From Saprolegnia diclina VS20 (lineage: Eukaryota): DNA of 53,885 nucleotides. Position numbers and translations under genes: made by a program. The first letter of the stretch is position 1. Each line of letters opens with the position of its first letter. The stretch is from contig NW_008246095.1 in NCBI RefSeq assembly GCF_000281045.1, positions 564,526-618,410 of the forward strand. Reading direction: 5' to 3'. Shown piece after piece: positions 1 to 11,104 of the stretch. The notes beneath the pieces were generated by a model. That model made no database searches, was not told where the DNA came from, and saw only the letters and a program-made list of their open reading frames with translations.

Positions 1-118
1 ACGGTTTCGAGCATCTTTAATAAGAGGCGGTGTGTTTCGAGCATTAGTTAAGCCCCGCGCACAGCTAATTCGGTGCAAAGATCTCTCGGACAGGCCTATA
101 AATACGACCGGAGCGACG

Positions 119-1546
119 ATGCAGCACCGCGTGACGACGCGGCAGGTCGAGCGCACGATGGCGGACCGGCGCCGGATCGAGACGCAGAACACCGAGCTCC
201 TTCGGTATGCGTCGAGCAACCAAGTGCAGGCGATGGCCAACAAGGGCGACATGGCCGTGCTCGCCAAGCGGCGCGGGAACGCGGCCTTCCAGCGCAACGC
301 CGAGGCGATGCTTGAAGAGCGCAGCTTTGTCGCGGAGCGCGACCTCAAGCGCAATCTCCGCACAAAGGAGCAGAACGACAGCCTCGCGCGGGCCCTCGAA
401 GAAGAACGCCGATTGAGCGAGCGCCGCGAGCGCGAGATCCAGCGGATTTGCGAGTCGAGCGAAGAGCTCCGCGAGCTCGAGAGCATGCTCAAGGTCGCGT
501 ACGTCAACAAGGAGCGATCGGTGCAGCAGGCCGAGCGCGAGACCTTGAGCCAAATCGAAAAGTCGCGCGAGAAGGCCATCGAGACGCAAATGGAGTACGA
601 CCGGCAGCGCGCCGAGGTCGACATGGCAACGAAGGAAATCGCGCGGCGCGCCGAGGCCGTCGCGAGCAAGCAATCGATCCAAGAGCAGATGCTCGATCGT
701 CTCAAGCTGTACGAAGAAGCCGCAAAGGAGGCTGAAGTCGACAAGGCCAAGGTCGACGCGATCATGGCGCAAATTCAAGCCGAGGACCGCCACGAGCAGG
801 AGAAGCGCGAGCGCTATGTCGCCCAAGCACGCATCATGATTGAAGATAGCAAGCTCCAGCGCGCCAACGAACGTGAGGACGCAGCGCGGCGCGATCGCGA
901 CGAAGACGCTCGGATTGCGCAGTACGGCAAGCGCGTCGAGCAGCGCGAGGCCGGCATCAAGGAAAAGCTCGCCGAGAAGAAGAAGCGCGAAGAAGAGATG
1001 TTCCTCGCGGTCGAGGCCGAGATCCAGCGCCAGCGCAAGGAAGAAGAAGAGTTTGTGCGGCTCCGCGACGAGCTCTGGGAAGAAGAGATGCTCGAGGCGC
1101 ACCGCGAGAAGGCGCGCGCCAAGATGCTGCAAAAGCAAAAGGACCGCGACGAAATGATTCGTTGCAACCAGGAGCAGCAGCGACTCAAGGCCCAAGTGCT
1201 CCACGAGCAAAAGGCCAAGGAAGACGAGTACAATGCTTTTCTCAGGGCCAAGTTTGCGTCGGAAGAGCGCCGCGAAATGGAGATGGAAATCTTCCGCCGC
1301 AAGCAACGGGACGAGTACAAGCAAGCCATTGCCGACCAGAACGCGCTCAAGGTCCAAATGTATCAACTCGAACTGGAGAAGGAGCGCGCCGAGGCCGCGC
1401 GCATTGCCGACGAAGAAGCCTTCAAGAAGCAAATCGTCGAAGAAGCCAAGCGCCGGCTTCTCCAAGACCACGCGACGTCGCTCCAGGGATTCCTGCCCAA
1501 AGGCGTCGCACGTCAAGTATCCCGAGCAGGTCTTGGGTCGCGCTAG
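119..1546 (+). CDS. MNS1: Meiosis-specific nuclear structural protein 1-like (TPH-domain coiled-coil ciliary protein)
   Basis: Single-exon E/R/K-rich coiled-coil ORF with MNS1-type motifs 'SEELRELESMLKVAYVNKER' and C-terminal 'LQGFLPKGV'. ATG at 119. Confidence 0.8.
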   Translation: MQHRVTTRQVERTMADRRRIETQNTELLRYASSNQVQAMANKGDMAVLAKRRGNAAFQRNAEAMLEERSFVAERDLKRNLRTKEQNDSLARALEEERRLSERREREIQRICESSEELRELESMLKVAYVNKERSVQQAERETLSQIEKSREKAIETQMEYDRQRAEVDMATKEIARRAEAVASKQSIQEQMLDRLKLYEEAAKEAEVDKAKVDAIMAQIQAEDRHEQEKRERYVAQARIMIEDSKLQRANEREDAARRDRDEDARIAQYGKRVEQREAGIKEKLAEKKKREEEMFLAVEAEIQRQRKEEEEFVRLRDELWEEEMLEAHREKARAKMLQKQKDRDEMIRCNQEQQRLKAQVLHEQKAKEDEYNAFLRAKFASEERREMEMEIFRRKQRDEYKQAIADQNALKVQMYQLELEKERAEAARIADEEAFKKQIVEEAKRRLLQDHATSLQGFLPKGVARQVSRAGLGSR

Positions 1547-1774
1547 ACATGCACAATTCACGTATGTTAATATATCCCACGTGTGTCCCGCGTCCGAGTG
1601 GCAAGCAGTACGTAAGCTTAGTCGACTACGCTCGATGTTCTTTCGGCTACAATTTAGTACGTGTACTAGATTATAGTCGACTAGCCTCCAGACGCAACAC
1701 GTGTGCACTTGCTGTTTTAGTCTCTTCGTGGTATCGAGTAGCAAGCAGTCAATTCCTTAATCAGCGGCGTGTCT

Positions 1775-3260
1775 CTACGCCGTCTCGGCGAGTTTGCCCG
1801 TCAACGTCTACCATCCCCATGAAGCATCGACGCTTGACCGATCGCAGGTACCTTGTACTGGAGATAGCGCGGCAAGATGTGACCATAGTCGTCTTCGTCT
1901 TCGACCTACGCGCAGTGAGCTGCATGACGCTGGTGGGACCTCGACACCTTGCCGCCGCAGCAGAGATAAAAATGACGTTCGAAGATGAGCAGTTGCAGCT
2001 GGCACTTGTCCCTTGCGAGCGCGAGCTGGCTCGTTGTCGCAGTCTGGAGAAAGCTACTCGAAAAGGTGCAACACCGAACAGGGATAGGGTTTCTACTCGT
2101 GAAACGATGTCGGGTCGGTGTCATCTTGCTGCCGCTGGTAGTCGAGTACGATGCGCAGAAAATGGTACATCTCGTATAGGCCAGCGTCCTTCTCCTTCGG
2201 CTTCGGCACGCGGTGGTGCGCTCGCGTAAACGCTTCGTCAAAGGCGCGGAGGCGCGTCTTGAGGCGCCGCTTCTCGGCCACAAGCTCCGACACGCTCCAG
2301 TGTAGAACGCGCTTGGTCATACCGAGGTAGTATCGCCGAAAGGAGCTCATTGGGGCGAGCGGCATGGACGTGTACAGCAGCCGAAGCCCGATCCAGCGGC
2401 GGCACTGCCACCCCCGCGCCGCCGCCTGAATCCGAGTCGCCGCCATGTCGACTGCAGCCATCGTCAGGTCAATTTGAGGTCGTCTGCGTACCTGTCATGC
2501 TAGCACGAGGCGGCGGCGAGGCAAAGAGGCTTGTGTGCACCGTCTCGTGCAGTAGGATATCCAAGTGCTGGTCCAGCGCCGCGGAGGAGAGTCCGCCGTC
2601 CAGAACGTCCAAGTACGTCAGAAACAGCAGGAGGCATTCGGTCGCAGCGGGAAACCCTTCGATGTGGTGGAGCGACATGTAGGCGCTGCTGCCGTCGCGC
2701 AAGAGCATGGGCGCATACCGCTCGACGATGTAGAGTGTCTTGTCCATGTCGGTCACGTCGCACTGCGTCGCGAGGAAGCCGAGGATCATGTGCATGCGGC
2801 TTCGGTACGGCTCGGTCGTCCGCGCGTACAGCGCTCGCACCCACACCAATGTCTCGTGGTCGCTGCGCCCGACAGCGCCTAGCACACGAGCGGGATACGC
2901 AAAGAGCAATCGAGGGAGCAGCGTACGCCCGAGGTCGAGGAGCTCGTTGTAGAGGAAGGGCGAGAACACCAAGTACTCGCGCGAGTGGAGATCGCGGAGC
3001 TGCGTCTCGAGCACGCTCACGACCACCGATGGGTCCAAGACGCTGTCGAGAACACCGGCGCGCCGGGCGGCGAGGCCACGTTGGACATGGCGGACGTCTC
3101 CGATGCTGTCCCAGCGCTGGTACAGCACGTCCGGAAGGTGGAGCCCTACGCACGCTCGTCATGCGGCCACAAAGCGCGTCGCTACATTAGTACCCTCGAG
3201 GTATCGCACGCACATCTCGACGACCTCCCATGGGTCTGCCACCTGCGCGCTGCGGCCCAT
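1775..3260 (-). CDS. FAM13-like protein: divergent RhoGAP-like domain + IQ motif + two FAM13 C-terminal repeats (multi-exon)
   Basis: Frame-consistent GT-AG introns (e.g. 2452-2491, ~3146-3193, and three more between ~2096 and ~1808) join ORF pieces. Motifs: 'VVEMCVRYLE..LYQR', 'ETQLRDL..LYNEL', 'YAPMLLR' (RhoGAP-like); 'AATRIQAAARGWQCRR' (IQ); 'EKRRLKTRLRAFDEAF..YEMY' and 'QLQLLIFERHF..RYLQYK' (FAM13 C-terminal). Confidence 0.6.
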
Positions 3261-3671
3261 GCTCCCACCTGCTGGATGTTCCAAGCGGTTGCGCTGGCCA
3301 AAACGCCCGAGGCTATCCGGATGCACCATTATCCGGACCTCAAGATGACGCAGGGCTTGCCACGTCATCGTTGTGCGAGAGTCCCGACCTCGCTCGCCTT
3401 GGCGATACGCAACTCCGCGGCTGCCTTGATACATGTCTGTAGAGGGTAGAAGGCTCTAGGATGCTTCGTCGGCGCGCTTCCTGTACAACCGTCTGTAGCG
3501 CTCGCCACCTGCGTACTATCCTCCACCAGAGTCGTCAACGAGCAGGAAGGCACGGCGGACTGGCCGTGCTGTCCTGTGTGCAAGTACCATCACGTGAGCC
3601 ATCGCGCACGGTAGTACCAACGAATGGGTCGTTGGATCGGCGATGCGATCTTGAAGAGACGGAAACCGAAA

Positions 3672-4033
3672 ATGTCGAAAGCTGCGGTCAAGAAGGACGA
3701 CGTGAGCGTCGGCGCGTTGCGCATCGTGCACCGCGACAGCAGCACGGAGATGGAGGAGCTCCTCATTGCGAGCGCGACGAACGCGCTCAAGGCGTACTAC
3801 AAGGGCGAGAAGAGTCACTTTACCGAAGTGGCGCAGCAGATCAAGAAGGACATCGAAGAGACACACGACGGGAGCTGGCACGTCATTGTCGGCAAGTCCT
3901 TTGGCTCGTTCGTGACGCACGAAGTCAAAAAGTAGCAGCCCACCACCTTGTTCTCGTCTAACGACCTCCCGTGGCTAGGCTGCTCTACTTTTTCCTCGGA
4001 CAAATCGGCTTTCTCATCTTTCGCCATGGCTAG
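3672..4033 (+). CDS. Dynein light chain, LC8/DLC1 family (2 exons; intron 3932-3978)
   Basis: '[29 protein letters not shown]' splices in frame to '[17 protein letters not shown]', giving the complete LC8 pattern. Confidence 0.9.
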
Positions 4034-4083
4034 TAGCTCAACTCCACTAGCATACCCACACCACCATGTATATATCGCGTTCT

Positions 4084-7000
4084 CTACGTCTCTTGCTGCC
4101 GCACCGCTTCGAGAAGCGTCGCCCACTGTTCGTACTTGGCCGCCGAGACCGCAGCGTGGAGCAAGCGCACCTCGTCCTTTGTCAAGAGGCCATCAAGGCG
4201 CTCGTGGATGAGCGAGAGACTCTCACTGCGGACGCCGAGATCGTCGCCGAACAAAACTGGCAACGGCACTTGGGTCTGCGAGACGAGCCATACAACCTTG
4301 TCGAACCGGTACTGGACGAGCATCTAGACACACGAGTCGGCAACTGTTTGAGACCAACGAGAACTGCACCTGGAAGGCGTATTTACCAAGCTGCTCGTCA
4401 ATGTAGCGCTCGTACTGTGGGGACGCGCCGTTGCTCGCGTGGTAGTAGTGGTCGGGCTCCCACGCCCGCGCGACACGGACCAGCTGCAGCGCCAAATGGT
4501 CTTCGTCGCACTCGACGCAGTCGACAATGAGCTCGAGCGCGAGCGCGCTCCGGGACTGAAACTGAGCAAAGCTGTTGGTGCGCGTCCGATTCAGTAGCGT
4601 CGGCGTGCTCACCGACTCGTCCAAGCACAAGAGAAAGTTGGCGGCGGTCCGCACCTCGTGGCGCTGCCGGCACAGCTGGAGCAGCGCACTTGGGTCGCCG
4701 GCGAGCGGGAACAGCAGCGGGAGGCGGTTCGGCTCAACCTTGCGCGCAACGTTGGCGACGATTTCACAGTACGTTTCCATCTCGTTCTCGGGGTCTTGGA
4801 GCAAAAGCAGCGTCCGCTCGACGACTGCCGCCGGCCAAACGCGTCGAAAGGCATTGTCGAGCGCCGTCACGAGCACGAGCTCTTTTGTGGGCGTCGTGAG
4901 GCCGAGGCGCGCATTCATCACCTCCAAACACGCCTGCGCAAGCGTCGCCTGCTTCTGCACGAGCAAGAGCGAGAGAAGCGAGTGCAAGAGCGGCTGCACC
5001 CGCGCGGCAATGTCGTAGATACCGACATATTGGTCTTGGAACGCGCCGACGAGGACGCCAAAGCGTGCGTGAATACCTACCAGCTGCACTTCCGGGTTGA
5101 ATTTCAGTACCGGGTCGACCATGATGCAGTGGACCGACGTCGGAACGTCGGACGACTCGGCGTTGGCGACCTCGAGGCGCACGCCGTACTCGGCCAAGAG
5201 CTGGTAGTAGGTACTGGCCACCTCCTCGGATGCGCCTTGGAGCTTGCCCATGCGGCGCGCACGTGGCGGGTCGTGGACTTGCAGGAACGATCGGAGCGCG
5301 TCGCCCGGCGCTTTCGGTTCAAAATCGACGCCGTCGAGGAGCGGCCACCACGCCTGGAAGCCCTTGGGACCATACAGCCCGTGCATGAGCGTGCACGGTG
5401 TCGGGAGCTCGCTCGGGCCGCGCCACGTCGAGACGTGCGAGATGTCACTGGCCAAGAGCACCTGCTCCTTGGTCTCTGGGTCCCATACATAGAGACTCCC
5501 GAGCGTATCGAGGAGGGCGAACCGAGGCAAGAGCATCGGCGCGTCCGCCTCGCCCAAGAGGCCGAGCCAGCCGTGAAACCACGCGCCGCTCGTCATATGC
5601 GCTGTACTTGAAGTTGCTGTCAGGCGCGGAATTGGCACAAAGAAATGAGCCTGGCCGACCATGGCGTTGCATCGCGGAAGGGCCTCGGCCCGCTCAAACG
5701 CAATCTCAAACGTAAACGTGTCGGCCGACTTGGACGTCGTAATGCGGTACACGAGCAGTTGCTGCAGCGAGAGGCAGTAGACGCGATCGTGGTCGACGGC
5801 CAGTGCATAGAAAAACGCGGTCGGCGGCAACACGAGCCGGCAGCAGCGCACATCGAGGCGGTCGCGGCCATAGACGTCAATGAGAAGCAGGTCGTCTTGC
5901 AGCACGAGCGCGACAAGCGCCTCGCTGTGCCACCACTCCATCGCGACAACTCGGAACGCTTGCTCGTCGTGGACGTTGCCGAAACAAAGCCACGTTCCCT
6001 TTGGCTAGCAACACCAAAAGGTCGTTAAATGGAGACAGGAGACCGCAGTACCTTGTGGAGAAGGGCAAAGCCTCGGGCACCCGCGACGGCGACGCGCGTA
6101 TCGTCGGCCGAGACGGCGAGGAGCTGCATCGGGCTGTTTTGGTTGGTGTACGTACTCGGCACGGGAATCGCGATCGATGAGAGCACCCCGCACGGGTCGT
6201 TCTTGCAGTTGGCCGCGAGCACGTGGACGCTCGATGCCTCAAGGAGATGCAAGTCGCTCTTCCCCATCGGCAGCACCGAACGCGCAAAGTCGATGAGCAC
6301 GACCGTGGGAGTTGCGGTCGGCAGCCGCGATGTCTCGGGGTTGTGAAACGCGACCAAGTGGTCGAGCGCCTCAATCGGCTGCCAATTCGTACGCGGGAAG
6401 CAAGAAAGGTAGAGCTTGAGGTACCGGTGCATGGCCAGCGTGCTCGAGAGACCCGCGATGGCCATGTACCCGTCAAACTTAGCGCGCTCTTCAAAGGCCA
6501 GCATCGACGGCTTGGGCGTCACGCAGTCGCCAACTGTCGCTTGCATGCGCAGCGCGTATTCCCACACGACGTGGTCTTCGTCAAGCGCCAGCTTGTGCGT
6601 CGCGCAAAACGCATGCGACTGGAGCGCCAGCGTCGCAAGCGAAAATGCTTTGGCAAAGTCAATACGGAGCAGCGAGAGCTTCACGGAGGAGCGTAATGGG
6701 AGCTCCTTCACGATGGCCACAATGTCATCGAACGCCAAGTGTGCGACGGCTTGGTCGTTGATCGCGACGACGAGGTCGCCGCCGTCGATTTGGCCGCTGC
6801 GCTCGGCGGGACCGGGCAGGCCGTTGGACGGCTGCGGCACGAACGGCGCTTCACTGCGGACCCAAGCGCCGCATTGCTTGGGCTCGCCCGCCAGCGAGAG
6901 GCAGAGCCCGTCCTGTTCCTTGAGCATCTCGACGTGCACAAGGGCATAGGTCGGTGACAGGGCCCCGGCGCTGGTTGTCGAGGGCGGCGGCGTGTTGTTG

Positions 7001-8168
7001 CCGACGCGAGGTGTCACGAGGAGCGTGCTGCTGGCGTTCGTCCACTGCAGCGACGAGACGCCGTACCGAAGCAGCTCGTTGTCCTTGGCGACCAACTGCT
7101 GCGGCAACGTCGACATGAGCTTGCAGCTGTCGATCGAAAAGACCGCCATGCCGCGGAGCCCAAACCCGACTGCAATCGCGCGCCCGTCGTCAGTAAACGC
7201 GAGGGCAGTCACGGCGCCGAGGTCGTCGGGGGTGAAGCCCCATAACGCCAGCGAGAGAGTCGCATGCTCGGTGATCTGAACCGGCACAAACTCGGGATCG
7301 GTCGGCCGCTTGTGGCGCAGCCGGAGGAGCGTCGTGACACTCGTGGCCGACCCGAGCGCGACGAGGGACGCTTCGCCGTCAACGTGGCAGGTAGTCACGT
7401 CGCCGAGCACCGGAATGACTTCGTTGAGCCACACAATCTCTTCGAGGCGCAAGTGCGTCGGTGCAAAGCTCATGAGCACCGCAAAGCCGTTCGCAAAGCT
7501 CACGCAGACATACACGAGCGACGTGAGCACATACGTGGCGCTACTGCACGCGATCGAGCACACGGCCGATGGCTACGGCAAGACATGAGGCCTCCTCTTG
7601 CTTGCCTAGATCGCCGTCGTTTGTATACCTCGGGGAGAACGGGGAACGCAGGGCGGCTGCCGAGGACGTCGAGGGGCGATACAAAGTGGCCGCCCGCGCG
7701 CAGATCCGCCCATTGAAACACCATCATGCGGCCAAGCGACGTGCCAATGAAGAGGTGCTGCTCGTTCGCGGCCAGCGTCGTGGCGACTTCGACGCCTTTG
7801 GTGCCTACACAGCCTGGCGTGTTTGCCACGTCACCCCACTGGCGAGCCCACGTACCGAGCGTGATGCTGAGCGCAAACGTGAACGTGACGCCGTTGGCAA
7901 TGTCACTGGCGCACAAGTACATCTCGAGACTCGTCTCGGTGAGTACCGCCAAGCGTGACGCCCGCGGGGCCTTGAAGGCGGCGGCGATCGGCGGATTCGC
8001 CGGCCGGTCCAGCGCATACACGGCCGGGTAGTCGTCCTTGATCTGGTAGCAGCGAAGATGCACCGCGTCCAGCAGTACGTCGGCCTTCCAGACGCCGTCG
8101 GCGCTAGCGCAGACGACCGCGCCCGGCGCCGAGCGCAAGATCCGCGGTGGCCCGCGAGCTGCCCACAT
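4084..8168 (-). CDS. RIC1: RIC1 (Rab6/Ypt6 GEF subunit) homologue with inserted PDZ and ACB domains (multi-exon)
   Basis: N-terminus 'MWAARGPPRIL' resembles RIC1 'MYF..GWP..L'. Also 'VAVAGARGFA..W.CFGNVHDEQ..EWW' and the RIC1 domain 'YCEIVANVARKVEP..LFPLAGDP..L..C......TAANFLL'. Introns near 7573-7628, 6005-6051 and 4324-4371. Confidence 0.85.
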
Positions 8169-8314
8169 CCGCTTTTGAAGTGGATATTATCGACTTTGAA
8201 AAGGTTTAATCGGGCAATATCGAATATGCAAAGAGGCGGCCTATAAAGTTTGAAAGGTTGCTGCTGCAGGTGGGCCATTCAGCGGTTCGTACGCAACCAC
8301 ATTGAACGGTGAAG
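8169..8314. promoter_or_regulatory. Compact bidirectional promoter region (RIC1 / PRP19)
   Basis: 146 bp AT-richer spacer between divergent ATGs. Confidence 0.55.
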
Positions 8315-9835
8315 ATGCTCTGCGGCTTGAGCGGCGCTGTGTGCCAAGTCCCGGTCGTGAACGTCAAGACGGGCCATGTGTATGAGAAGCACCTCATTGA
8401 AGAGTACATGAAGACGCATGGCAACGTCTGCCCGCTCTCCGAGTCGGCGCTCTCGCCCGAAGACCTGCTCCCGCTGAAGCTCACGACGCTCGCGACCGAC
8501 GTGACGCCGCCGTCCAAGGCCACGTCGTCGATCCCGTCGCTGCTCTCGGCGCTGCAGACCGAGTACGACGCCCACGCGCTCGAGATGTTCCAGGTCAAGA
8601 AGCACCTGCAGCAGACGCGGTACGCGAATCTTGGATCGTGGTGAATGATGGCTCATGCTGGCTTTAGGCAGGAGCTCTCGCACGCCTTGTACCAGTACGA
8701 CGCGGCTTGCCGCGTCATTGCGCGCCTCAACAAGGAGGTCGAGCACCTCAAAGAAAAGAGCAAGCACGGCGCGTCCAACCCGATCGAAGATGCGTGGGAG
8801 ACGGTCTCGGCCAACGTCGCCGCGCGTGCGAAGGAGCTCGCCCACTACCGCAAGAAGGAGCGCCGCGTCGAGGAAATCACCAAGAATGTGGCCGCGATGA
8901 GCTGCTCTGCAAGCCACACGCTGCACCAAAGCGACAAGCCGGGTGTGCTCTGCGTCGATATCAAGGACCACCTCGTCCTCACGGGCGGCAACGACAAGGA
9001 CGCCAAGGTCTCGCTTCCACCCCTGCGCTCGTTCTGATTTGCATCTTCCTAGATCTTCAACACGCATTCGGGCCAGATTGAGGCGACGTTGAGCGGCCAC
9101 AGCAAGAAGATCAACGACGTGCTCTTCCACCCCGCTGCCGACGTGGCGCTCACGGCCTCGGCCGACAAGACGGTCAAGCTCTGGAGCGCCGGCGCCAATG
9201 AGCGCAGCTACTCGGTCGGGCACACGCTCACCGGCCACGACGGCGCGGTCACGAGCATGTCGCTGCACCCGTCGGGGTCGTACCTCGGCACGGCGTCGGA
9301 AGACGGATCGTGGGGCTTCTTTGACCTTGGCACGGCCACGCTCTTGAAGAAGGTGGCGGCGCAAGCTTCGGAGATGCACGCGCTGCAGTTCCACCCGGAC
9401 GGTGCGATCTTTGCGACGGGCCAGGGGGACGCGACGATCCGCGTGTGGGAAGTCGCGTCGGCGTCGGTGGCCGCGACGTTCGAGGGCCATGGCAAGGCCG
9501 TGACGAGCCTGAGCTTTTCGGAGAACGGGTACCACCTTGCGTCGGGCAGCGCCGATGGCCTCGTCAAGTTTTGGGATCTCCGCAAGCTCAAGAGTGTGTT
9601 TGATTTGCAGCTCGAGGCGCCGGTCCACGCAGTCTCGTTTGAGCACAGCGGGTCGTTCCTCGGTGTCGCGACAAGCAAGGGCGTGCGTATTTTCCAGGAA
9701 GCCGGCAAGAAGAGCTGGAACCTCGTCAAGACGTTTGAGGACCACACGGCCGCGGTCACGGACGTCAAGCTCTCGCGCGGCCTCGAGTTTATCGCGTCGA
9801 CGTCGCTCGACCGGTCGCTCAAGCTCTACGCGTAA
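8315..9835 (+). CDS. PRP19: Pre-mRNA processing factor 19 (U-box, coiled coil, WD40); introns 8620-8667 and 9008-9052
   Basis: '[24 protein letters not shown]', '[17 protein letters not shown]', '[21 protein letters not shown]', followed by WD40 repeats ('FHPDG', '[12 protein letters not shown]', 'WDLRKLK'). Confidence 0.95.
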
Positions 9836-9973
9836 GCCACGTCTCGGTACTAGCACACGAGGTGTCTTTCGTTTCAACTACTACTAATAACCAGCTCTAT
9901 ATACAATCCACACTCGTTCGCTTCATTCCCAACGCAAACGCCAAGGTTGATACGTTGATAATTTGATACGATT

Positions 9974-11104
9974 TTATCGTCGCGACCACGCGAGCCACTG
10001 CAAGAACCAGTGCTCCTTGGCCGCCATCTGAGCCGCGACCACGGACGGATCGAGCACGTCCGAGTACGCCGGTGACGCAGTCGACGCGCTAGCTTTTCGC
10101 GCCAATCGCTCGAAGGGCGTCTCGCCATGAACCACGTCTTTGGCCGTGTAGTACACTTGCAGCGGCAGCGCGAGGAGAAAGAGACTGCCAACAAACACAT
10201 TTGTCCACGTCGTCGGGACGGGATCCACGTCAAACACGGTGTGCGTCACGTTGGGAATCGCATAGCTCAAGAACGTACCGCCATAGACCGCCACGATCGC
10301 ACCAAGATACGCCGTGTGGAAGAGCAGGAGCGGGCGCGGCCAACGCAGCGTCATCAAGCCGGTGACAACACCTGCCCCAGACACGGCGAGGGTCATGTAC
10401 GTCGGCGTCAGGTGGACGTAGTCCAAGACGAGCATGGCCAGCGTCGCGCCTGCGATGGCCCCGGTGACGAGCCGTGCGAGAGCGTAGAAGGCGGCGCAAA
10501 AGAGGCCAAAGAGAATAGCACCGCCAACCCAAAGAAGAGTCTCGGTCGTAGAGTTGTCGATCCAGTCGAGCGGCGACGCAAACGCGAGCGAGAAGGCTAC
10601 GAGGCCGTAGAGCACGAGAAGGAGCCGGAAGAGGTAATAGCCGTGCGTGGCCGAGGCGCCGCCGAGAAGCACCATACCGAGCGCTGTCACGATGCGGACG
10701 CCCCACGTTAGACCATTGTAGTAGAAGTACAGGGCCGTTGCCCGCAGCGAGAGCGCGTCGCCCCGAAGAAGTGTGCTATAGAGCGCGACGCAGGCCGGTG
10801 TCGGGTCGCGGGACCCGACCGTGTAGTCGGTGCACGAGTAGATGAACCCGGTCGGCGACGGACAGGACTCGGCGCGCGACGCAAAGAGACACACGTCGGT
10901 CGTCGCGTTGGTCGTGACGCACTCGAGGTTGTGGTTGCCGTTGGTGAGCCGCGCCGTGACGTAGCGCGACTCGGACGAGACGCAGGTCCACTGGGTCACG
11001 TCGACGGACGGCCCCAAGAGCGGTGGCGGGGTGGCCTGCGTGAGCGACGCGAGGATTGCGAGGACGAAGGCGACGAGGCGCCGTCCGCTGATGCTGATGG
11101 GCAT
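9974..11104 (-). CDS. Signal-peptide, multi-pass membrane protein with Cys-rich ectodomain; TMEM198/TM7SF3 (DUF4203)-like
   Basis: Hydrophobic N-terminal signal, 6-Cys extracellular segment, then about 7 hydrophobic helices starting 'GYYLFRLLLVLYG' and including 'TAYLGA'. Confidence 0.6.
   Translation of the reverse strand: MPISISGRRLVAFVLAILASLTQATPPPLLGPSVDVTQWTCVSSESRYVTARLTNGNHNLECVTTNATTDVCLFASRAESCPSPTGFIYSCTDYTVGSRDPTPACVALYSTLLRGDALSLRATALYFYYNGLTWGVRIVTALGMVLLGGASATHGYYLFRLLLVLYGLVAFSLAFASPLDWIDNSTTETLLWVGGAILFGLFCAAFYALARLVTGAIAGATLAMLVLDYVHLTPTYMTLAVSGAGVVTGLMTLRWPRPLLLFHTAYLGAIVAVYGGTFLSYAIPNVTHTVFDVDPVPTTWTNVFVGSLFLLALPLQVYYTAKDVVHGETPFERLARKASASTASPAYSDVLDPSVVAAQMAAKEHWFLQWLAWSRR

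Noticed and set aside
65..1744. 559-aa minus-strand ORF, and many similar long antisense ORFs (e.g. 8279-9877, 30404-31945, 41168-42826)
   Set aside because: Antisense shadows of real genes caused by high-GC codon bias; no motifs.
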